A stretch of 63,070 nucleotides of DNA, filler included, from Collodictyon triciliatum (lineage: Eukaryota): assembly GCA_043381765.1 (NCBI GenBank). It is 4 parts of 4 records of this genome, joined end to end, with 100 filler letters (N's around TTAATTAATTAA, not from the genome) between each part and the next. Parts side by side here need not be neighbours in the genome. Positions count along the whole stretch, not along the records: positions 1 to 14,936 come from JBHJMP010001752.1; 3 more parts are not named here. One strand, written 5' to 3'. Shown one piece after another: positions 1 through 11,300 of this stretch. A program made the translations under genes and the position numbers. How positions within the stretch are numbered: position 1 is the stretch's first letter; the number at the start of each line of letters is the position of its first letter. The notes under the pieces are model-generated. The model saw only the letters and a program-made list of their open reading frames with translations. It was not told the DNA's origin and made no database searches.

Positions 1-664
1 GAGCTCTGGTGCGGCGTTTCTTCCGAAGCTGCAGTGAACTCGCCTTGGCAAACAGGACACTCGGGATTTGCACCCGCTTTTTGGGCGAGTCTCTCAGTCA
101 TTGAAACACACTCGCAGCAGAAAACGTGTCCGCATGGGAGTTTTGCGGTATCTTTGAAGGTTTTATGGCAGATCGGGCAGTTGCATTCGCCCTCTGAAAT
201 TATTTTCTTGATTTTTTTTCTTTATTCGATTCAAAGTGTAGCGAGGTTATGCCATACAAGGGGGCGGGATGGGAGATTATTTGATTTAATCGGCTTTGTT
301 TCCCGTCTATCTCAAGGACAATTTGGAAGGAACTTCTCGTGCTCAAATAGACAGATTCAAGGAAGAGCATAAAGGTTTCTTGAATCTACAAACAATTCGT
401 TTGCTTATTGCACATCGAATCATATAAAATGGAGATTCCTAAATAGTAGGACTAGGGGTTTATCCCTCACAAATATTGATATCCAAGTTTGCCTGTGCCA
501 AAACCTCCGTTATCTTGCACATATTTGAAGGAAGAATAATAAAAAAAAAAAAAAATCCCAACTTACTCATATTTGCAATTATGATTATTTTGTATACATT
601 AGAATTTTTTTTGGAAAAAGGCCCGCAAAGCCGAAAACTTCTAACCCTTGGTAGAGCTCTTCAT
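1..664 (-). CDS. C3HC4 RING-finger protein (5' part; continues beyond window start)
   Basis: The minus-strand exon 1-193 (not in the ORF track) translates to GECNCPICHKTFKDTAKLPCGHVFCCECVSMTERLAQKAGANPECPVCQGEF, a RING-HC pattern. The acceptor is TTTCAG at 194-199. A phase-1 compatible first exon (ATG AAG AGC TCT ACC AAG G|gttag) lies at 646-664; this first exon is inferred. Confidence 0.8.
212..264 (-). mobile_element. Short retroposon-like 3'-end fragment, copy A
   Basis: The reverse complement reads CCCCCTTGTATGGCATAACCTCGCTACACTTTGAATCGAATAAAG(A)8. It is near-identical to 52232-52265 and aligns to 11944-11991. Confidence 0.7.
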
Positions 665-933
665 TATAGAGAATGCGATAAACAACCGTAATAATTTTAA
701 TAATAATAATCATAATCGATATCATCGGAAAATGAGTAGAAAATAATAATTTTTTTTAAAAAAAAAAAGAAAGAAAAGGGCGAGAAATGGGCTCCTTAAC
801 AAGAACATAGTTTTTTAAATATTTTTTCATTATCATCCTCGAGAACATAGCAAGAGCCATAAATATTGATGAAAGTAACACCTTAGGTGCAAACAAGGAA
901 ACCGTTCTTAATAAATAAAGTAGCAGCGATGGT

Positions 934-3900
934 TTATTCCTACACTAGAGCTATCGTCATTTACTACATTAGATAATACCAAGAGAGGAGAATATAAATG
1001 TCCTAAATTCAACAAAACTGCTCGGTAAAGCCAAAAAGAGAGCTCTCAAAGCGTACGTCAATTGATTAATAAGAAAAAGGAATAAAAAAAAAATACCATC
1101 AAATATCTTGTGATATCTCGCAGGTCCAAGATCTCGTGCCAAACGCCCGTCTTTATCTCTATGATATCGCAACAAGCCAAATTTTAACGTACTGGTATGG
1201 TGACAGGAAGCAGAAAAAAAAATTACAACCACAGACCTGATGTATATATCTGCATTTCTTTCCAGTAATAATAACACAAGAATATCGTTTCTGGCCAAGC
1301 ACGCATGATGAAGTGGCGTCCTTCCATCTCGATCTTTTGGGTTAATGTCGCACCCTTGCTAGAATATGATTTTATGACTTTATAAATCGTGGATAGGCTT
1401 TTCTTTTTTTTTTCTTTTTCTAATCGATGCAAGCGAAATAGCAGACATTAGGAAATATAGTCCCCCTTTTTTTTCCAAGGCGCACTTTTCATAAATCCTC
1501 GTTGCTCGAAACATCATTAAATCTAATTTCAATTCGGTAGATACTCACACCAAGTAAAAAATCTGCAAGTTTGGCTCTTGAATTTGGAGATGTCTTGATA
1601 ATCCCACCACTACAAACTTCATGCAGTGGAGTCCGTCCTTGTATCGAATTTTCTTTTAGATTAGCCCCAGATGTCGAAAGTAAAAAGACAGTTTGCTCTT
1701 TTCCAGCTCTGCAGGCCAAGTGAATTGGTTTACATCCGAGTTTGGTACATGCACTAATATTTGGAGGAAATGAATACATAAAACATAGAGAAGAATGTCA
1801 AGTCTTATTTGAGAGAGAATATACTGCCTTCCTTGAATAAATAAGAAATTATATACGGAAAATATGTTGGAGTAATGAATTTTGATTCCTTATCGTGCAT
1901 AAATTAACCGTAATCAAAATTCTAACTGAAGTAAATCCGGTCTGACAAGGAGTATAATTCTGACAATACTGACATCTCCTTGAAGACATGCGTAATGGAA
2001 GGGAGAGTATCCAATAGAGTCGATGACAGAGGGATCTGCTCGAATATGGAGTAGTTTTTGTACCGAGCCTTCCTGAGTTTTATTAAAAAAAAATCCAGTT
2101 TTCAATTTGTGAAAGATGAAAGGTGCCTGATTTTCACAAAGAAATTTACTAGAACTAAAATTGCACACGATTTCTGAAGATAACGTCAAGGACAGTTTGT
2201 TTTTATACGAATGGCTAATTACAACCACGATTCATTAAAAATGTAATTAAAACATAAAACAGTATACCCTATTCCAATAACATGCAACATGGAGGGGAGT
2301 AGCGCCTTCTTTATTCGTGGCTGAGAAAGATGCACCAAAGCTGAGTAAGTGCTCCACAATCACATGATTGTCAGATTGACAAGCCTATCCACGAATTTGG
2401 ATTTATTAATTAAGAAGTGAGGTCTATGTTCCTTTAAGAAATGGACACACAGATAATACATAAAAAAAAAATCCTTTTTTCTTCAAATTTTACCACATGG
2501 AGTGCTGTGTTCCCATCATCTGTTTTTGAATTCGGTTCAGCTCCATAATCCAACAACAGTTTCTGTGCAGAATGTTATGAATAAATATTACAAAAAATTG
2601 GTTTTATTCATTTCTTCCACGTGTTTCTTTTTCTTAAGTCTGCATCTGAATTGCACATATATGCAATTATGCTCTTTGAAGAAAATACTTACAGCAGATG
2701 CATACCGCCCGCACTTAATAGCTGTGACTAATGGAGTTTCTTGAGCTTTATTTTTTGCGTTCAAGACTTGTTTTTGAACTTCGTACCCAGTATCTCTTTG
2801 GATTGATCGTGTTGAAGGACCTATTTGACGATGGGTAACGAAAAAGAAGGAAATAATTTTTTTAAAAAAATAAGAACAAAAAATGTTAAGGTTATGTCTC
2901 ATGTTCTGTGATCCATAGGGTAATATGAGGGTTGTGAATTTTTTTGAGGCTTGGATGCCAAGATGGTTTACTTTTGTGGATTTGTTTGTTTGGCGTCCTT
3001 GGTAATGACAAATCGGCGTGTGGCTTTGGAACATCGAACCCCCCAAATACCCTTTTCACTATAAATGCTATAATTTCGTCATTTCCTGATGCCGCCGCCT
3101 CATGAAGTGGTGTCATTCCCTGCAAGAAATGCTTTCATAATTCAAATTCATGGATCTCATATGGATTGGATTTTGATTTGTACGCAAGCTAGTCCCTCAA
3201 ACACGCTATGTATCGGCATTAAGGAAATCATGCCATCGGAATATGTATTAAGTATACACTTTTTTTTCTTGGAGATAATACACAGAAAATAAAGAAACCG
3301 TATATGCTCGTATATGATCACACTAGACCCTAATGTAGAGTACAATAGGTTTATTTTCAATTTTACAAACAAACCTTGGAGTTCCTCGAATGTAACAAAT
3401 CAGAGTGTTTATCCATAATGAACGACATGGATGATACAAGTCCAAAGGCAGCAGCATGACTACAAACATATAGTTAAATAAGGCTCACATAACTTATACT
3501 CAATATTAGGATTTTTTTTTTTGGAAATATGAGTGCGCTGGATTTAATATGGTTTCATTCCGTGAGTGAATGTGACATGGTGATTGTATATTTGAAATGC
3601 GATATGTGATTATTAATATGGATATATATGACTTACTGAAGAAGATTATTTCCGTGTTCATCCTTCGCTCTCAGCATCCCACGCTCTCCCAGCTTTTCGA
3701 GTATCGGAATTCTTTGTAATTCTGTTGCTGTCCAAACGTCCAATATATTGTCGCTGTGCACACGAATAAATACAACTCTTTTCTTTTACTATTTGAATTA
3801 AACATAATAACAGTAATTGTAGCAGTAACAGAAAGAGTGAAGAGGAGAAAGAAGAGGGTCAAGGGGAACAGACTAAAAGTAAAGATTCAGCCAATTGTGT

Positions 3901-4150
3901 GGGATTAGGTTCATATATGTGAGTCTGAAGGAATAGACCAGGATCAAAACCATACAAGATCTCGAAGGTGCTGTAAAATGAAATAACAGAAACCGATAGA
4001 AGCGTAAGGGTGGAAAGGAGAAAGAAGAAAAAAAAAAGGAAAGAATGATATTATTGTTTTATTATTGTAGGCTTACTCTTTAGAGAGCGTAGTTCGAAAG
4101 GCAGTCATAGGAGCCGGCCGGGTGACTTCTGTTGACTTGGATCGATGCAT
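934..4150 (-). CDS. Multi-exon ankyrin-repeat protein
   Basis: Spliced exons give repeated ankyrin motifs: DEHGNNLLHHAAAFG, GMTPLHEAAASGNDEII, QETPLVTAIKCG, DDGNTALHV, GYSPFHYACLQGD, GCKPIHLACRAG, QGRTPLHEVC, RDKDGRLARDL. The start (MHRSKS, 4150) and stop (TAA 934-936) are inferred. Confidence 0.85.
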
Positions 4151-4570
4151 CTTTTTCTTCTTTTTATATAACTGAAATGCAGATGTCGAGTGGGCTTGAA
4201 CGAGTTCTGCTTTAAGCTCAAGAAGTTACAGGCTCTATGTCGCCAACCAGAAAAGAAAAAAGGAAGAAGAAAAAAAGAAACAAGAAACAAAAGAAGGAAA
4301 AAAATAAAAAAAAATAAAGCATCAAAATAAAGTCATCGATCTTGTCACACCAAATGAATAAGAGATCAAAGCGGGCAGATTTGAGTCCACTACTTAAATG
4401 TAGGGACACCGAAGTTTGAATTATGTCAGAATATTCAATAGACTGTGTGATTTTTGAAACATATTGGAGTTTTTTGTTGAAAAAATTATAGATTCCAGAT
4501 TGGATTATTTTGTTCAGTGAAAATGAACACATTAGTAAATGTCGACTTTCCTTTTGTTTTGACAGATGAA

Positions 4571-4610
4571 AGAAACGACACGAAGCGACACGAAGCGACA
4601 CGAAGCGACA
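4571..4610. repeat. 10-bp tandem repeat (CGAAGCGACA)x4 in a divergent intergenic region
   Basis: Direct reading: three perfect units plus one degenerate unit, between divergently transcribed genes. Confidence 0.85.
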
Positions 4611-4970
4611 CCGCCGAGAGAAAGCCCGAAGGGACTTTAGAATTTCTGTCTCTTGTGCCCTTCTCTTTCCTTGGTTTGCAAAAGTATAAATAGAAGCCAG
4701 AGTATATCAACTGAAGGAGGGGCTTTGGGCGAAATTACCAACCAAACATAACCCCAAGAGACCAAGGAGGAGCCAGCACACACCAAGGGCTGTTTGTGAC
4801 AGATACCCGTGGAGGCCTATATGTTTATTCCCTCCAGCATTGTTCTTGTACCGAATAGATATTTATCTATGAAGAAAAGAGAAGCCCCCTTCTAGAAAAT
4901 GAATAAAATAGCGCATTTCACTCTTTTCACATACACTCGATCGCTGACCGCCTTTACAGGATATCCGGCC

Positions 4971-5815
4971 ATGTTCATAGCGCGACGCATCATAAAAAGT
5001 CAAGATCGTCTCCACAGCAGTGCCTTCTTCAATTTCCCACTGCGGGCTGTCTCTCAGCATTCAGCCGACAAAGAAAAGGTTCAAACGTACTTGTTATCAT
5101 GACTCTCAAAGAGCGAGTGCCTCTGAAACATGAGAGAAAAAAGTGTGCCTACACTTACAACACCTTGCCAATAACACTAACCAAAGAAATTGTTTTTCAG
5201 TACTACCAACTTGTCCTAGACTCGTACCGGCTCCAGATGGACGAGGATTATAAATTCCAGGGTAACCCTCGCGGGATATACGCGTGGATTTCTGCTCCCG
5301 GGGTTGTTTTTTTTTTTTAAAAAAAAAAGATAAACATATTAATGTAATCTTCGCAGAAATATTTGTTCACGCTCTCAGACTGTCATCAATAATTCTTGAA
5401 AGATTCTTTTGTATGCTCCCTCACTATCAAATATCACGAAGAACTATTTCTCATGTGCTTTTTTCCTTGATTGAATCAAAGTTTTCTCGTGTCCTTCCTA
5501 TACCTCAGAAAAGCCCTGCTGATGAAAATTATCCTGTCAATCACTTCACAACGTACATCAACGAGTTGAAAAAGCGTGAAAAACTTCCTGAGTGGTGGGA
5601 TGCTTCGGAGGAGCAGAAAATCCTGGAGTTTTCAAAGGTAAGAACTCCAAGTTATTCATTTTATCATGGGTGTGAGGGGGTTCCTCTTCTAAATCTCTAA
5701 CCCATCTTAGGCCACCTTATTCTACACTTTGGAGCGCTCCGACCTCATGGATGCAAATGGACATGAAACGCCTCGATACTTGGAGCTTCGAAAATTCATT
5801 AGTTCGGTGCAGTAA
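4971..5815 (+). CDS. Protein with the conserved domain found C-terminal to zf-MYND in fungal MYND-domain proteins; possible mitochondrial presequence
   Basis: Four exons give MFIARRIIKSQ... YYQLVLDSYRLQMDEDYKFQG..GIY ... LPEWWD ... TLERSDL ... LELRKF*, with TAA at 5813-5815. The motif order matches my recollection of LIDSFRxRxEDxYxFxG / LLPxWW / AVEKSDI / MQLR. The exact exon 2/3 junction is ambiguous. Confidence 0.6.
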
Positions 5816-6369
5816 TACAGCACCTGTGAGAACTCCAACTCCCACCCAAAATAACTCATGAATGCTGGCTCACCTCAACATAAAAAGGAACCAAGTTAAA
5901 ATCAATCTACACTTTCTTTTCTTGGTTTACTTTGGTTGCTGGTTTTACCCTGCTGCCAGACACAAGACTCACAAATAAAACCGCACGATAGTATACATAT
6001 ATTAATTTAAAAAAATAGTGAATTTTTCTCTATCATATATGTGTAATATAGTTTGATTTGGTGCGGTTTTTTGTATTGCGTCACAATAGTGGTGGATGAA
6101 GCAGCAACGAAGCCATTGACACCCGGCCTGAGAGTGGCTGCGGAGCGAGGGAAAGGTAAAGCGGGGGTATTAACACGCGTACTCATGCCTCTTAAGAAAT
6201 AACTGCATCCAATTCTGGAATTTTTAGGCAAAGTTCTCATCTGCGCTGTTAGAAACCCGATCCTATTTTTGCAGCCAACAACCCAGACAAAAGATCGAAG
6301 CAGCTCACAAAGCGCACAACCCGAAGCCACTTGAGCCACTTGAGTCACACGATCGCCGGAAACGCAGCC

Positions 6370-8289
6370 ATGACCACCGCAACAGAGCTGATTTCTGGCG
6401 TGCTTGCGCCCCAATTTCGCGACATGACTGAGGGTGATGTTCTCCACGCCTCTGGTGAGCGCACAGTGGAGGATGTTAAAGTTCTTGAGATACGGGGGGG
6501 CTACTTCAAGTCGGTCTCTCCTCTGCGCCCCTGTGCGAGACTCCAAGTATTTCTTTGTTCATAAGCACATATTGAAATACGTTTCTCTTTCTCTTTCTCT
6601 CTCTTTTCTTTTTCTTTTTCTTTTTCTTTTTCTTTTTCTTTTTCTTTTTCTTTTTCTTTTTCTTTTTCTTTTTCTTCCTTTTCTCTCTTTTCTTTTCTTT
6701 TCTTTTCTTTTCTTTTCTTTTCTTTTCTTTTCTTTTCTTTTTCTTAGTATTTCTTTCTCTTTTTCTTTTCTATTTTCTTTTCTCTTTCTCTTTTTCTTTC
6801 TCTTTCTCTTTCTCTTTCTCTTTCTCTTTCTCTTTCTCTTTCTCTTTTTCTTTTTCTTTTCTTTCTATATCTACTGTGTATTTCTATATTTCTATTAGTA
6901 TTTCTACTTCTACTTCTACTTCTACTTCTACTTCTACTTCTACTTCTACTTCTACATTTGCCTCTAACCTATGTTTCTATGAAGGTTTGTATCCTAAGTG
7001 GTGGTTCGGTCTTTCGGCTGGATGGTATGCTTTCGTGTTGGCGGTTGAGAAAGCTAGATATATCAAACAACAGGATCGACCGTCTCCCAGAAAGGACAAA
7101 CTTTTGGGAGTGCCTTCCATTTCTGCAGGTTTTTTTGCTCACACCATTCTCATAACAATATATGATTCGTTTGGTTGAGTCGCATCTGCTCATGACATCT
7201 TTGATTTAGATTATCTTCCTTCATGACAACCGAATCTCGTCACTTAAAAACCTAGAGCATCTCGTATGAATAAATTGAATTATGTATTTTGTACAGGAAT
7301 TTCAAACGAACAATCTCAGAGATATCATCATTCTTTTCAACCATTTGTTAAACTTTACTTTATGATTTATCCGGTTATTTATTTGGATTTCCCTTCAATT
7401 TCCTTTCCCTATTTTAAATCGATTAGAAACTTGCACCGTCACTAGTAGCGCTTACTCTACGGGACAATCCTGTGTCCCTCCAACGAAACTTTCGATCTTT
7501 CATTGTAAATTGCTTGCCCGGGCTGAAAGTCTTGGATGATTACGTTGTTGGAGATGAAGAAGTGATTCAAGGTAGGTTGCATACTTTGGTCTCATTTCAT
7601 AAGTAACCAGATTAGATGGGGGAGGGTTATTATTTTGTAATATTTAGCCGCTTCCTAAAATAATTCATATTTATATTCTTTTTAAAAAATGCTTTAAAAA
7701 ACTCCCTCCAAACATGGCAGGTGGCAATTTTTCGTATTCCAAAAAATACCGAGCTTTAGATGATTATATGAAAGTAAGTTCATTAGAGTCATTATATAAT
7801 TTTCCTCTGTTTATAATGCTCATACATCTAATATATGCTATTAAATTACAGGTCAATTATGGAACACTGCCTCTCAAAGCTTCTCCTATCCAGCACGTCG
7901 GCCTTATAGACGCTTTGATGAGGCAAATCAAACAAATTGTTAGAGAACATAGTCCAATCCTAACCATTCAAGTAATTCATCAAATAATACCTTGAAATCA
8001 TGTTGATTTTTCCCCACCTTTATTCGATTCAAAATAAAATCGTATTTGATGACGAAATTAAATGGGTTCTCTATGTTCAATATTTGAGAGTTTGCTTTGA
8101 ATCGAATAAAGGAAAAAAATATTTGAGAGTTTGATTGAATATCTTGTTACTCCCAATTTAGAGAGTGTTTCGTGGGCATATAGTCCGTGAATATGTTCGG
8201 AAGCTAAGAGCTTATCTTAGTTATCACGCAGCAAATATACAGAAGTTATGGAGAGGTTACAAAGGGAGGAGGTACTTTTAGTTCGTGAT

Positions 8290-8330
<41 letters not shown>

Positions 8331-11300
8331 TCTCTCTCTCTCTCTCTCTCTTTCCTTCTTTTTTATTTTTATATTTATATTTATTTTTATTCTTATTCCT
8401 ATTCTTGAAGACCTTTTAACATACGGAAAAATATGCAGGTACGCCAAGTATGTCAGAATAAGAACGAATGCTGCAAAAAGAATCCAGAAGGCATTCAGAA
8501 GATTTTATCAAAGAAATATTCGGATGAGAGAGTACATTCTATATTAATACTATTGCTGGATGTAATATTTTTAAGTTTGTCGCTAGTCCCTAGTTTTATG
8601 CATGATTTCTAAATTTTGATAAGCTTATATCTTTTTTCAGCGCTGCACTTAAAATCCAAAACGCCTGGAGAGATATGATATACCGTAGACAAAACATAGA
8701 TGATACATTCACTCTTCAAGGAGGCGTAATATATTAATATATTGATACGTTTATTTCTCATTCCTGTGTTACTCCAATTTTCGTGAAGCTAATACACTAC
8801 TCCATCACAGGCCATTCTGTTTTTCGAAAAAGATCTCCAAATCATCAAACATATCATCAAAGTTGCGTATAAGATCGAACGTGGCACATATTCTGGTAAC
8901 TTACATCGAAATAATACATTATCCTCACAGACTGTTTTAATTTTTATTTTAACCACTTATTATTTAGAGGAGGAAATCAAGCGCACTGACATCAAGCTAT
9001 TGAGAAACAACGAAAAAACACAATCATATATGTGGAATCGAGATAACCGACTATTTGGTAAATGTTAATCCCTTAAATTTTGTCTACAATTTAAGGAAAA
9101 TATGCACTTTTTTTTAAAAAAAATATATGTATATATATATATGTAAGGAATGGAAGCACCTGCTCATCCTTTTCCGAAATTTAACAGGGATTGTGGCCCA
9201 AAAGCAAATATCTCGGTTTCTTCCACACACATATAGGAAGTTATGTAAGCTCAGAGTTACGAAGCCAGATGATAGGAGAAAAGCCGTATTCTCTGACGAG
9301 ATTCCTATTCGTCGTCCTCGAACTTACACAAAGTATTATCATGTTATGAATTTAAATGATATGATGCTTCACTGATGTGACTATCATCCCCTTTTTTCTT
9401 CTTATTGATTAAATCGTTTTTTTTTTTAAAAAAAAAAGCGAGTCAATAGTGATGAACTGGGTGAATGGATTGAAGGAGAATTTGAAATCAAATGCTGTGG
9501 CGATGGACAACACCCACGTCTATCTTTACCAATGGTCATGCCAGAAGTTTGGAGTCCCCTCTAGAGTTCTTTCGTACATACTCATGTATAACCGAAACCA
9601 CTTAGGAGAGCAGTATTTAGATCCAAAGTTAGTGATATCAATCATATTATACCTTAATATTGAATTTAATCTAAAAATGCCCTCTTTTATGAATTTTTTT
9701 TCCCCCACCACATATTTAAATCCTTTTCATTTTCTAATATTAATTCTAGACTGAGTCATCATGGTCGAATCACAGTACTGCGAAGGGAACACGTACATGA
9801 AGTGATGGCAGCTGTAATCCTCCAATCAGTCTGGAGAGCGAAACATGTTTTAATGAGGTTTGCTTAGAATATGCGAATGAAGCGTTTAGGGAACATTTTT
9901 CAATAACATCATACCTGCATAGGATGGGTCCATCTTCATATGTAACTGCAGTAAAAACACGGGCAGTTTTGCGCATCCAAAGATGGTGGCGAAGCACTAC
10001 GTCTCACTGCTACCTTGAATTGCTAAGAAACCTGAAGAAAATTCTGAGTCAGATGTGTGACACTGAAGTATGTATAGCTAACCTGAAACCTTGAGTATTG
10101 AATTGCCTCTGCAAAAGCCGACATTCTTTTCACTTATCCACCAATAACACAACATAAATAGCTTATCATTGAAGAACCCACTTGGAATTATTTAAAGGTC
10201 CTATCACAGCAAAAAAGCATCATGAGAAGCTATGCTTTTGCTAAGGAAACTCAAGTCAAGTAAGAAAGAACGAATTGTTTTTAATATTAATGTAACGTCT
10301 TTAATAAATCATACTGTTCCTTTATCATATAGAATTTACAAACTAAGTCAATAAATTGTTCCATATCCTTGACAGATTTATCATTCATCCATTAACAAAG
10401 CGAGTGGAACTGCATCCATCTGCGAAATCACTGCTACCTCATTATCTCTTAAAGCCATTTTTCTTTTACAAAGGACGACTAGCCAGTTTGTCTTCTTTTT
10501 TCTTCTTCATTCCATTATTATTTCTCTCAACCTTTTTCCCATACTATTAATATATTATAGCAATCAAAGAGAGAATTTATATAATATAACATCTTCGGTC
10601 TTTAATCATTTTTTACGTTAATTTTTCTTTTATGCAATTCTCTCTTTTTTTTTTTTTCCTGCAGCTGCTACACTCGGGAATCCATATCAACTTTTAACTG
10701 ACGGTGTAGAGGTCTACTCAAGAGCTCTATCCACAGTGGAATTGGAAGCCAATGCTGTAGGGAGCTCTCAACAAGTGAATCATTCTCGAAGGATGTCACT
10801 CGTACGAAATTTTATGTTTTTTCAGCACGACAAAAAGCTTGGTCCGTCTGTCAAGCTACCCCCAATTAACTCTGAAGAGGGTCAACAACCCCCCAGCACC
10901 CAACATTCTCGTGTACGCGGAAAGCTGACCAATAGCCTTCAAATGTCAAATTCTTTGTCTCAAGGAACGAATGAAATCGTGATACGGTTTCCAGATAGAC
11001 GAGAGGCCAAATTGCGCAGAATGTTGTTAGCTGCAATCACTTTCTCTATTAGGCCATACATTCCTGGGGCTCATGTAGAGCATGCATCAGGTAATCGGCC
11101 GCCATACTCCTTCATCACATTGAGGTTACTTCGTGTTCAACAAGAGACAGACGCTGCCATTCGGATTCAGGCAGCTTGGAGAGGATGTGTGGTCCGTTCT
11201 CAAATCAAGCGGATGAAGTCAGGTAAATTGGGCCCGACTCTTGGGGTTCCAAAAACTATCCAGGATTTGGAAAGTCGTATAGAAGATTTGTATTATGAGA

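Noticed and set aside
258-385. Possible exon upstream of the RING exon, including a BIR-like string HEKFLPNCP
   Set aside because: That frame has two TGA stops, the open frame is out of phase with the RING exon, and the GTATGG donor lies inside the repeat element.
6434-6898. Low-complexity ORFs in the track (poly-F/L/Y/I/N/K here and at 16427, 19860-20509, 30013, 40221, 43465, 45088, 50701)
   Set aside because: They are translations of microsatellites or N runs in introns and intergenic DNA.
8017-8112. Perfect 17-bp inverted repeat suggesting a 96-bp MITE or hairpin
   Set aside because: The right arm has its own 16-bp TSD and solo copies occur elsewhere, so two independent insertions in opposite orientation explain it better.
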